NCBI GenBank assembly: GCA_964252035.1
Contig: OZ176201.1
Strand: one strand, 5' to 3'
Source of the DNA: Podarcis erhardii
Lineage: Eukaryota
DNA length: 64,000 nt
The translations under genes were made by a program, and so were the position numbers. Below the pieces are notes generated by a model. The model searched no databases, was not told the DNA's origin, and saw nothing but the letters and a program-made list of their open reading frames with translations. Each line of letters opens with the position of its first letter. Within the stretch, counting starts at the first letter, position 1. Shown here piece by piece: positions 47,071 through 55,660 of the stretch.

Positions 47071-50000
47071 GATGTTAAATGTTAGAAAGCCAAGACAGCC
47101 TGCGGCCTGTCCTACCCAGGCCCTAGCATTCCAGTACCAGGATCTCTCAAGCCTTCTTTTCCTCCTCCTTCTCCTCCTTTCCCTTCCCACCAGGCGAAAG
47201 CAGCAGACCCTGGAGGCGGAGGAGGCCAAGCAGCGGTTGAAGGAGCAGTCCATCTTTGTAAGTGATGCTTCAAGAGCTTGGGGGAGGATTGTCCAGTTGT
47301 GCCACTGGCTCCCCCAAGGAGGTTGGCAGAGGTAGGGATTCAGCACCAAGGCTGGCTGGTGACATTGGGGACCCACTCTGCAGCCAGGGTGAGGACGCCT
47401 TGCTGCCCAAGAGCTCTTCCTCTCTCCAGCTTTGTGCTAGGCCAGGAGAATAACAGTAAAGCAAACAGACAGACAGACAGACAGACAAATGTAGGTCTTC
47501 TGGTGTGGTTGAGGTGCCCTGGGGCTGACGCTGACCTCTCTCCCTAGGGGGAGCAGGAGGACGACGAAGACAGGCAGCAGCCCAAAAAGTCTGAGTCAGA
47601 GGTGGAGGTGAGTGCGGCCCCGGGGCACAGCATGCGTTGTGTAGGCAGCAGGACTCTTGCTGCATGAGGGTTGTCGCGTTTGTGTGTGGAGAGTTTTGGC
47701 GGGGAGGGGGGGCCTTCAATTCTGGCGACTGTTGTCCTGTGGAGAAGCTGGAGTGTGCTGTTGATGAGCGGAAGTCTGTGCTTAAGCAAGGCTGGGCATC
47801 AGTTCTCTCTCTGGGGAGCAAGGCGGGATCCCGGCTGTCCTCGTCTCTCCTTTGCTTACATACATGTTCCATTTTGTCAGAAGAGGAAGACAGATTGTAG
47901 TGCTGTCACTTTTCTTCTCCCCCCCCCCCCGTCACTGTGTGCCATTGCTGCTGCTGGGGGTGGGGTTGGGGCATGGGGTGAGGGACACTGTTTGTGTGTG
48001 GCACGTATCATGTTTTGTCACTGTTGCCCTGGCAACTGCATGGGGAGGTGCAGCACTGGGTGTGAGGGGGTTCGGGCTGGGTTTATGACGGGGTCTGTGT
48101 GGGCCTGTGGACTGGGCTGCCCTTGACCGTCCTCTCTTGCCTCTTCCCCTCGCATCCTGACAGGAGGCGGCTGCCATCATTGCTCAGAGGCCCGAGAACC
48201 CCCGCGAGTTCTTCAGGCAGCAAGAGCGAGTGGCTTCGGCCAGTTCAGAGACAGCCCCGCCCATCAACAGAACAGGTAGAGAGCCCTCGCCGGCACTGCT
48301 TCAGGCAGGGAGTACAGAAAATGGGGGAATGAGGGTTGGTGGGGAAGCGGTCAGGAAGATTTCAGCAACCTGGTTTTTGTTTTGTTTTTGTTTTTGAATG
48401 GAAGGTGGGGAAGTATAAATCTCAGGGCAAGGCAGTGGGCATCCAGACACTTGGAAATGTCTGCTACGGATGATATGAGCAGATGGGGGGGTTGTTTAAG
48501 GAAGCAAAGGCAAAACTCAAAAACATGACCAGAGGTCAGTTGAACACAGAATGAGGTGCAGAGAAGAGACATTCCCTGCTGCTGAGTCTCACCATAAGGA
48601 AAACAGCCAGCATCCTATGAAAGCCTGAAAAGTGGCAAATACCTAACTATAACAAAAGACTTATGTCCTTTCTTATCACATATAACCAAGTTTTGCGTCC
48701 AATAATTTGATTAGGTGTTGTTGTTGGATATATATACAGTGGTACCTCAGGTTACATACGCTTCAGGTTACAGACTCCGCTAACCCAGAAATAGTGCTTC
48801 AGGTTAAGAACTTTGCTTCAGGATGAGAACAGAAATCATGCTCCGGCGGCGCGACAGCAGCAGGAGGCCCCATTAGCTAAAGTGGTGCTTCAGGTTAAGA
48901 GCGGAGCTCCGGAACAAATTAAGTACTTAACCCAAGATACCACTGTGTTCTAGTTCATATCTATTTCATTGTCCAAAACAGCAACAGTTTCATCAGTTTT
49001 GGAGAACAGTAGAAATGAGATCTTCAGGGTTATACTACATCATTATCCAGCACATGGGGCTTAGAGTGAGACATCTGTGGCCCAGGTTGTCCTGCCTTTC
49101 TCTTGCTCAAGGCTCACAATATCACTCCTGGATCAGAGGTTGCTGCTGATGCCAACGCCACACAAGGCGTGTGTTTCTGGGCTGTGGATCAAATCTAGCA
49201 TAGCTTGATTTTCAAGACAGGGTCTGGGGGATCATCTGTCTTTGAGGACACTATAGTGAACCTCTCACCCTTTGAGAAATTAAGGTGGAAGCAAAATATC
49301 ATTTATCATGTAGTCATTGATGTAGAAAACGTTCCATTCTGGGCTAAATCTGAATTGGCAGCCCGTCATCACCACACCCTGCTTTCATGGTGTCTGGATC
49401 TTGCAGACAATTGGCTTCCCTGATGGGAAGTTTCCAAGTGGTGTCCATGCAGCAAAGTGGTCCTCCATCACCTCAGTTGCATCATCCCAGTATGCGAATG
49501 GGTCTGATGTTAGCTAGGCAGCAGGAGCTCTCAGCTGTTATTTATCGAATTGGCCAGCCTTGGGGGGATGCTCCGGCCTAGCAGCCTGTTTCTGCCCTTG
49601 ACAGTGCTGTCTGAAGAATGGTACTGCTGGGGTGGGCAGGTGAGCAAAGGGACACTAGGAATAAGCCAATGTAAACAAGACAGAAATCCTGCCACAGTTT
49701 TTATTTCATCAAGCAAGACTGTGTCTCTGTAGCTAGGAGGGAGAACCTATGACCCTCCAGGAGGCGCTGGGCTCCTTCAGCCTCATCCAGCATGGCTGAT
49801 GATCAGAGGAGATGGGATGTGTAGCCTGATATTGTCTGGGAGGCCACAGGTTTCCCTATGGAAGGAACTGGACAAAAGAAAGCAGGGGCAGCAGCGGGTG
49901 AGATTTTCTCTTGTGCTCTCTCCCACCTCAATTCCTGGCTGCTGCTTAGGACACACTTCTTGGCTGCGTGTGAGTTTTGTACAGCCCACCAGACCTGAGT

Positions 50001-53000
50001 AGGCTGCAGAACCTCCAGGCATTGTTTTGGCAAAGAGGCGCAGAGACTCAGCGCTTTATTTGCAGCAGCCTCCATGGGTGGTTCATGCTAGAGAACTCCT
50101 TTGCACCTCTGCTGTGGCTTTTTCTGGCTCCTTGGGCTGCCCACCACAGAGGATGGCGCAGCTGTGACTATCCCTGCCTCAGGGCTAAGGCATGAACTCT
50201 GCTCTCTGGAGCCCTCTGCATTACGGCTTTGGGTTCACACTTCTATGTGATAGTTTAGGTCGACTCTCTATTGGGGACCAGTTTACGTAGGGACCTTGGC
50301 ATGAACTCGTCTTCCCCGGCACCACTTGCGTATCCTGCCTCCGAGCTTCCTCTTTCTCTCCCGCTTCACTTTCTTGCACTGCCCAGCCTTCCTGATGCCA
50401 TCCTGCCCCCTCCACACTGCTCCAGCCTGGCCCTCATGCCCCCCAGCCACTGCCTTTGCTTTTCCCCAGCCCCCCACCCTGCACTGCTGCCCCCAGGAGC
50501 CTCCTCCCACCCTCCTCCTTGCCTTTGCAGAGACCCGCCTCCCTCACAGTCTTCCCCTGCCTCCCCAGCCCCTCACGTGGGCCTTGCTTGCCCAGTGGCA
50601 TGAGCAGGGGGGCGGGCGGGAGATGGAGTGGGCAGCTGGAGGGGAGACTGATCATTCTCTTCTGCTTTCTCTGTCTCCGTCCGTCTGTCTTGTCTTTCTC
50701 TCAGCAGGTCGTCTGCACTGTCCTTTCATAAAGACACCTGACAGTGGGCCGCCTTCCTTCTCCTCCTCCTCCTCCTCCCCTCCACGGACTCCCTTCCCCT
50801 ATATCTCTTGCCACCGCACACCAAACCTCTCCTCCTTCTTCCCATGTAGGTAGCCAGGCCCCAGCCGGGCTTTGGGGAGTCGGTTGGGGAGGCAGCTGCT
50901 TCGGGGGCCTTGCCCACCCGCCCCGCACCTTGTATCTTTGGTCACGCACATTCTCACTCTGCAGGCATCTCTGAAAGGAAGGACTAAGAGTCCATGAGTG
51001 TCCAAGAAACACTGGCCCCACAGACTGGACCAGGGAAGACTCAGGGCACGGTCTGCTCTCTCTCGTGTTCACTGCATGGCAGGAGTGTAGCCCCAGAAGA
51101 GCGGAGAGGGGCCTAGCGTTATGCTTCAGCAGCTACCACCCTCGGGAGGGCTGGCTTTTATATAAGACGGAAACTTCCCCTTTGGCACCCCACATCTATG
51201 CCCCCGTCTGGTTCACCTTTTAAAAAACAGCTTCGGTTAGGTATGCCGCAACAGGGACTTCTCAACATCAGTAGCTACACCGTAAATCCAAGCATGGATT
51301 TGCAGGCCAGTGTATTGATGCCCTACAGGCAGGGTGGAGGCAGTGAACAGAGAGCCTCAAATGAAAACCAGTTAGGCTGATTGTGACTGTAGAACAGAGC
51401 ATCTGTTTCGCCAGATTAGAAAAGGGGGAGCCAAAATCTATGCAAACAGAAGATGAACCACACACACATATACACACACAGAGAGAGACAAACAGTATGC
51501 ACACGGGCACACACACCATGCTGCAGGGGGCAGTTGCACTACAGAACAGGGGATGTCCCTGAACCAGGGTGTAGGGTGGATATACTGAGCGAACTGGGTT
51601 TGTGATGGAAGTACTAAGTCTGGGACAGAGACGACCTTCTAAAGTTGTCCCTTCACCTGATGTTTGCAGTGGGGAGGAGTGTTATTTTTTCCTGTAGACT
51701 CTGCTTCCAAAGATAGTAAAAAGGGGAGGATATGTCTTACTCTATAAAGGAGGGGGTGGTGAAAGCGGCCTCCCAGTGTTGCTGGATTACAACTCCCATC
51801 ATCCCTGACCCTTGGCCATGATGGCTGTGGACAATGGGAGCTGGGAGAGCCACGGTTTCCTCATTCCTAATTTTAAGTGCCATTTGACATAGAGAACTTC
51901 AGGGCCCCCATGGTTGTACATGACACAAGAGTTCTGCCTCCACCCACCACAAAAGAGGGCTTTTTTCCCTTCTTCACTCCTTCAGTTTCCAACACATTTG
52001 TCCGCAAAAAGCAAAGCGAAACCTTTATGCCATATAACTTGCTGTAGGGTTAGGGTCGCTTAAGGGCAGCCGGTTAATTTTGTCGACTGGGTAAGTTGGG
52101 GAAATGGCACATTTCAGGAGGAGTCGGATCTTGGTGCCTTGTTGCCGTCGCTGTTGTTCAAACGAAGCTGCCCTGCGTCCTTGGGAGCGCAACTGGCGGG
52201 CCCTGTGGCTAGGGGGGTGTCGTGGCCTTTGACTTGTGGGCTCCCCACCTGAGTGCCCATGTGGCTCCTTCACAGGCAGCCAGTCGGAAACGCACAGAAA
52301 GGTCTCTGCCTCCGCCAGTAGCCCCTGCGACTCCAGCACAGCCTCGACGCCTGTTGGGGAGCAGATTGAGCGGGCCCTGGATGAGGTAACGCAGCAGGGT
52401 GCATTGAAAGGTACGTGCAGCCCCCTCGCCCCTATGGCTTGCCCCTCTCCCGGGTCCTCGGGCTGCGGGCTCCCTCCCTCCAGGTCTGCTGAGGAACCTC
52501 CTCTCTCGCTTCCTCCCCTCTGCAGACTCCTCCAGCCCCAGCAGCGACGAGACAGCGGTGGCATCCGCAATGAGCTGGGCCCCTGCCAGCGTGGAGCCTC
52601 CGATGGAGAAGGCCGAGGAGCCCCCTGTGGGGGCCACAGCCTGGCAGGCAGCAGACTGGGCAGAGCCGCAGCAAGGCGGGGCTGGCCCCACGGAAGACCT
52701 GGGGTTTCCAGAGCCCAAAGACGAGCCTCTGTTCCCAGATGCCCCGCCTCCCAAAGAAGAGCCTCTGTTCCCAGCAGCCCCTCTGCCCATGCAGAGCGAA
52801 GGCGCCCTGGATCTGGGCGAGGCCTTTGGGTTCTCCCAGCCCCCCGCCCCGCCGTCAGAGAACATCCTCGACCTGTGGCAGAACGACAGCGCCGCTGCCG
52901 AGCCCACCCCTCCCGACGCCTGGGAGCTCCAGGGCGGGCCCCCCACCCCAGCCCCGTGGGACCTTCACGACGGGCCGCCCGCCGCCGCCCCCATGCTGGT

Positions 53001-54228
53001 CGAGGTGGATGCCCCCCCAGGGGCAGTGGAGCCCCCACCCTCCGCCAGCCTCCTGGAAGACAACCTGTTGAACTTCAACGACCTGCCCGAGCCCCCGGCC
53101 ACCTTCTGTGATGCTGAGCAGGATGAAGAGCCAGCCAGCATCATTGCCATTGAGGGGCTGCACCAGATGACCCTCAGCTACCAGCACGCCCTGCAGGAAG
53201 CTTCCGGGGTGCACCAAGAGCCCCAGCTGCTCACCAACGGGGAGACTGCCCAAAAGGAAAGCACGCAGGTGAGGAGGGGGGTGCTCAGGCTGGCAGCAGG
53301 GCCTGGGGAGCACTTCTGAAAGCTCCTGGCCCTGCCTTGCAGATCAAAACAGGATCATGAGGTACCACAGCTTGCTGCTTCGTGTTCATTTAAAGTGTGT
53401 CTCCTTTGGGCCCTGCCACTGGAGAAGTAATAATAATAATAATTTTGTTATTTATGTGCTGCCCAACTGACTGGGTTGCCCCAGCCACCCTGGGTGGCTT
53501 GCAACAAATTAAAACACCAAGCACAGTAAAACATCAAACATCAAACATTAAAAATTTCCCTATGCAGGACACATCTTCTTTCATGTCTTATTTATACACA
53601 CACAGACAAAATATTCCTTTATTTATTAATGTTGAAGAATGATGATGAACAACTTAATATGTGCACCTTGCTGCAGTCTTTAGACCATGCATGTTCCACA
53701 AACTTTTGGACCCTTTCACACGTGCTAGCTCATGGGTAGCTTGAGCATTTTACTCCTCAAGCCTTCGTTGTCTGAGAGTACAAAACCAGAAAGTGATTGT
53801 TGCTCTGGGTTAACTGGGAAGGGAAAGAATAGGGACACCTTCCAAAGCACAGCACATGCCACGTTTTGCTTTTCTCTTCCAGACCAGCGAGGGTTATTTC
53901 AGCCAATCACAAGATGAAGACTTTAACCAATCAGAAGAACCATCTGCTAAAGCTCCTCCTCCAGTGTTCTACAATAAGCCTCCAGGTGAGGATCAGGGAT
54001 GGATGGGCAGGTGGGAGGGAGGATGGGAAGATCCACCTTTGCGCTTCCTCTTCTGGGGACCCCTAGAAGAGCGGGCTTTGGGGACCACCCCTTTTCAAAG
54101 GGGGGAAAAGAGCCAGCCACCCTCCCTCACAGGTCATGCATTTGATTCCCCCCTCAGAGATTGATATCACCTGCTGGGATGCGGACCCAGTGCCAGAAGA
54201 CGAGGAGAACTTTGGGGGCAGCGTTTAA
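15123..54228 (+). CDS. DBN1: Drebrin 1; span of the full spliced CDS (15 exons, 2133 nt with the drebrin-A exon = 710 aa; 664 aa without)
   Basis: All exon phases are compatible. Contains the ADF-H domain, coiled coil, helical region, acidic/Pro-rich region, Homer-type PPATF and PPPVF motifs, and a C-terminus [12 protein letters not shown]. Confidence 0.97.
16905..17060 (+). mobile_element. Old MIR-like SINE fragment
   Basis: aggttcaaa...aacaagtcacttt...cccatgtgtaaaatgggaatg (CORE motif). Confidence 0.5.
19630..19840 (-). mobile_element. CORE/MIR-like SINE, degenerate
   Basis: ccattttatcctcatgacacaaccct...gactggcccaa matches the reverse complement of the family core. Confidence 0.55.
23345..23568 (+). 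mobile_element. tRNA-derived CORE/MIR-like SINE
   Basis: ggtgtagtggttaga (A box), gggttcgaatccc (B box), CORE-like acctcagagggttgttgtga, tail aataataaata. Confidence 0.8.
24525..24590 (-). mobile_element. CR1-type 3' tail fragment
   Basis: gatcatagtatcagtgttggaagggatcccaagggtcacctagtccagcccc, the same tail as the tRNA-Lys SINEs. Confidence 0.6.
28414..28639. mobile_element. Tc1/mariner (pogo/Tigger-type) MITE, 226 bp
   Basis: TIRs CAGTGGTAC(T/C)TCGGGTTA, TA on both sides, internal repeats of ggttaagaac; CpGs retained. Confidence 0.9.
30665..30786. mobile_element. Palindromic hAT-type MITE (shared squamate core)
   Basis: agccttgccaaccctg-caccctccagatgtt / aacatctggagggtg-cagggttggcaaggct arms around the gactacaa...gatgggagtt core. 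Confidence 0.75.
30848..31050 (+). mobile_element. CORE/MIR-like SINE, degenerate
   Basis: gggttgagtgctgggcttgg...ggagacctgggttcagatcc...gttaatgaggat...gagctccttagag. Confidence 0.55.
31412..31548. mobile_element. Palindromic hAT-type MITE
   Basis: gtgtccttcaaccttgggtgcc / ggcacccaaggttgaagaacactg arms; core ggactacaactcccatc. Confidence 0.78.
32290..32657 (-). mobile_element. Sauria SINE, essentially full length, with 10-bp TSD
   Basis: Head gacgcaggtggcgctgtggtctaaacc, body ggttggcagg/gtcatgctggccacatgacc, Bov-B-type tail gagatgagcgccgcaaccccagagtc...tttactttt. Direct repeat GTCACAGTAA at 32280-32289 and 32658-32667. Confidence 0.92.
32870..33670 (-). mobile_element. CR1 LINE 3' end, split by an insertion at about 33001-33439
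   Basis: 33468-33670 is ORF2 C-terminus DNA (ggattagacaaattcatgggtgataaggctaccaatgg on -). 32870-33000 continues the 3'UTR (ggcatctggttggccattgtg...ggcctgattcag). Confidence 0.72.
33001..33439. mobile_element. Putative non-autonomous DNA transposon inserted in CR1
   Basis: AT-rich interior, right end ctaatttcgaaccctg, degenerate left end; AGAGTCA repeated at both junctions (32996-33002, 33440-33446). Confidence 0.45.
35797..36010. mobile_element. Tigger-like DNA transposon left end, right TIR not found
   Basis: TA|CAGGCGACTCCCCATTTACGCAGGGGTTACGTTCC resembles Tigger-type termini. Confidence 0.5.
36628..36884. mobile_element. Non-autonomous hAT/Charlie element, 257 bp
   Basis: TIRs CATGGGTAGGCAAACT and CAGGGGTCAGCAAACT (13/16). 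TSD-like CTCTACAT on the left and C(AG)TCTACAT on the right, close to the Charlie target NTCTAGAN. Confidence 0.85.
38449..38504 (+). CDS. DBN1: DBN1 exon 2
   Basis: acttgcag|G GCT TTG TAC; [18 protein letters not shown]; donor A|gtgagt. Confidence 0.96.
38646..39102 (-). mobile_element. 5'-truncated L1 LINE (ORF2 C-terminus, 3'UTR, A-rich tail) with TSD
   Basis: Minus strand [76 protein letters not shown], then AATAAA and an A-rich tail. Flanked by AAATCCC(C/A)TTTTTT(T)C at 38631-38645 and 39105-39120. Confidence 0.85.
39255..39425 (+). mobile_element. Squam3-like SINE, degenerate
   Basis: catctgctctgcatgcagagg...ggcatctccag...catactgagatagatgaacca. Confidence 0.65.
39489..39601 (+). CDS. 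DBN1: DBN1 exon 3
   Basis: ttcttcag|CT...TGG|gtaagt; [37 protein letters not shown]. Confidence 0.97.
39848..39981. mobile_element. Palindromic hAT-type MITE
   Basis: gtttctcaaacctgggtctccagctgttgttg / caacaacagctggagacccaggtttgagaaac arms. Confidence 0.8.
40529..40843 (-). mobile_element. L2-clade LINE 3' end
   Basis: Minus-strand translation [32 protein letters not shown] is typical of the L2 ORF2 C-terminus; microsatellite tail (TTTA)n(TACA)n. Confidence 0.85.
41517..41591 (+). CDS. DBN1: DBN1 exon 4
   Basis: tggcag|GTG...CAG|gtcagt; [25 protein letters not shown]. Confidence 0.97.
42572..42718 (+). CDS. DBN1: DBN1 exon 5
   Basis: caacag|GGT...GTG|gtaatg; [49 protein letters not shown]. 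The SP Cdk5-type site is retained. Confidence 0.97.
43229..43306 (+). CDS. DBN1: DBN1 exon 6
   Basis: tttcag|GGC...AAG|gtagaa; [26 protein letters not shown]. Confidence 0.97.
43359..43848. other. Assembly gap (490 N) inside DBN1 intron 6
   Basis: Run of N. The flanking exons join in phase 0 with no residues missing relative to the recalled human sequence (EQAK|KEEE). Confidence 0.99.
43915..44066 (+). CDS. DBN1: DBN1 exon 7 (coiled coil), ends at a GC donor
   Basis: ttgcag|AAA...CACAG|gcaagg; [51 protein letters not shown]. Confidence 0.95.
44471..44700. mobile_element. Related Tc1/mariner MITE with a different interior, 230 bp
   Basis: TA|CAGTCATACCTCGGGTTAC...GCAACCCAAGCATCCACTG|TA; imperfect TIRs. 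Confidence 0.82.
45262..45578 (-). mobile_element. L2-clade LINE 3' end
   Basis: [41 protein letters not shown]; nearly colinear with the 40529 copy; (CAA)n tail. Confidence 0.87.
47028..47070. repeat. (TTA)n microsatellite
   Basis: About 14 units in DBN1 intron 7. Confidence 0.97.
47194..47257 (+). CDS. DBN1: DBN1 exon 8
   Basis: cccaccag|G CGA AAG...TTT|gtaagt; [21 protein letters not shown]. Confidence 0.96.
47548..47607 (+). CDS. DBN1: DBN1 exon 9
   Basis: tccctag|GGG...GAG|gtgagt; [20 protein letters not shown]. Confidence 0.94.
48164..48275 (+). CDS. DBN1: DBN1 exon 10
   Basis: ctgacag|GAG...ACAG|gtagag; [37 protein letters not shown]. Confidence 0.95.
48737..48945. mobile_element. 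Second copy of the same Tc1/mariner MITE
   Basis: Colinear with 28414-28639 apart from a small internal deletion; TA on the left, TG on the right. Confidence 0.9.
50708..50845 (+). CDS. DBN1: DBN1 cassette exon, drebrin-A-specific ins2 (138 nt, 46 aa)
   Basis: tctcagcag|GT...CCAT|gtaggt; phase 1-1; [47 protein letters not shown], closely resembling the mammalian drebrin A insert. Confidence 0.93.
52276..52410 (+). CDS. DBN1: DBN1 135-nt exon (probable ins1 equivalent)
   Basis: ttcacag|GC...AAAG|gtacgt; phase 1-1; [44 protein letters not shown]. Confidence 0.92.
52526..53268 (+). CDS. DBN1: DBN1 large acidic/Pro-rich exon
   Basis: ctctgcag|AC...ACGCAG|gtgagg; 743 nt open in frame; contains [19 protein letters not shown] and [14 protein letters not shown]. 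Confidence 0.94.
53425..53570 (-). mobile_element. L2 3'UTR fragment
   Basis: ctgggttgccccagccaccctgggtggctt...aacattaaaaatttccct, shared with the other L2 copies. Confidence 0.65.
53883..53985 (+). CDS. DBN1: DBN1 penultimate exon
   Basis: cttccag|ACC...CCAG|gtgagg; [34 protein letters not shown]. Confidence 0.97.
54158..54228 (+). CDS. DBN1: DBN1 last coding exon
   Basis: ccctcag|AG ATT; [23 protein letters not shown]. Confidence 0.96.
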
Positions 54229-55120
54229 GGCCAGCTCCCCTGCCCGACTCCTGTATCCTGCACCCAGCGAGCCCAGCGAGTGCAAGCCTGGAGCAGCCGC
54301 AGTGAGGGCCTGGTGCCTGCTTGCTCCGTATTGTAGCCCTGCGGTCCAGGGCCTAAGATTGTGCCCCAGCCAGACAGGATATTCTCCATGGTACTCCGGG
54401 GTAACTTTTTCCAGCTCTCTTTCTCTTTCTCTCTCTCTCTCTTCTCCCTGTTTTTCTAATGTTGTCAAATAGGAAACGTGTAAATCTGCCTGGTCCCCCT
54501 CTTTGTTGGTAGCTTCCCTGCAGATCCTTCCCCCTTCCAATTGCCTCTTAGCCCATTGGGTTTTTTCTGACACTCCCCCAAATGCCATGTATACCATCTG
54601 GGTTGATCTCCTGTGAGTGCTGCTCTTGGGGGTGGGTGGGGAGGGTCGCTTCCTCCTCTCAGACTCTGCCCAGAGTTTTGAGTATTTTGCACGAATTTAA
54701 AATAAAATATGGCAATAAAATGGCCCTTGTCTGGGCAAGGCTCTGGCTCCCATCCCCCCACTTCTCTGTTTGGTCCCCCCAACACACACCTGAGGCACCC
54801 AGGGAAGCAAAGGAGAGCCCCGTCCATCTCTGGGCTCTAGCAGCAAGGAACTTTCCCCCCTCCAGAGTTCTGTGCCCCAATGCCCCTCTTGTTTCAGAAA
54901 TAAGCCCATTTCAGACCCTTCTCCTTAGGCCTTTATTTGCCCTGAGAGCCTGGGACAAGGGGAGACTCTGGGTGGGCTCTTCCCCCCTCCAAAAAAAACC
55001 CTTTCCTCTTTCCCTACCCTCTTTCCTCTTTCATTCCATGCTTGGTTTCCTTTCTCTCACGTACAGTAATTGTTTTTTTGAAAGCACAAATTCTGTAACA
55101 GCAATGTGCTTATGTATGTT

Positions 55121-55126
55121 AATAAA
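55121..55126 (+). terminator. DBN1 main polyA signal
   Basis: AATAAATAAA about 0.9 kb after the stop. More proximal AATAAA hexamers lie at 54701 and 54714. Confidence 0.7.
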
Positions 55127-55660
55127 TAAATTGATTCCAAGCAGGGCAGCTGGCTTTGTAGTACAGGGTGCCTTTTTTTGCTTTCAAAGGTGGGGCAGGA
55201 TTAATGAGGCAACGCAAGACCACCGGGTGGTCGGGTGGGCATATTCCACAGGCACAAAACGGCTGATCTCTTATTCAGAGTTTTTTCAGTAGCTGCTTTT
55301 AAGGGCCAAAAATGTACTTTGATGGGGTAGGGGTATGAAAGCTGAGGGGAATTATTATTTTAAGCAATTGGAACACTTTGAACGTGGCATTGTGTGGTCT
55401 GTAGTGGGCCCTGCATGAAGTCATAGCCTGAGCAGGAGAACTCACCACTAGATGTCGCTGCCAACAAAGGTATGTGTTTCTGGAACATGCCTAGGCCTCC
55501 ATCCTCCTAATTCTGTGGCATTATTTAGGAATGGGCTTGCTTCACTTCCTTCCACAGTGCACATGGGAATCTTTAAAAGCACAGCACACCCACCATTTTC
55601 GCAGCACCGACTCATCAACCACCCAGCACCAGGTTTGTAATAAATCAGGTTCCACAAACT

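Noticed and set aside
42428-47360. REST/NRSE-like half sites (42428-42445 on -, 47339-47349 on +)
   Set aside because: Only the left half matches, or the spacing is non-canonical.
52025-53313. Long antisense and alternative-frame ORFs (337, 245, 291, 152 aa)
   Set aside because: Shadows of the GC-rich DBN1 exons; the spliced drebrin frame explains the region.
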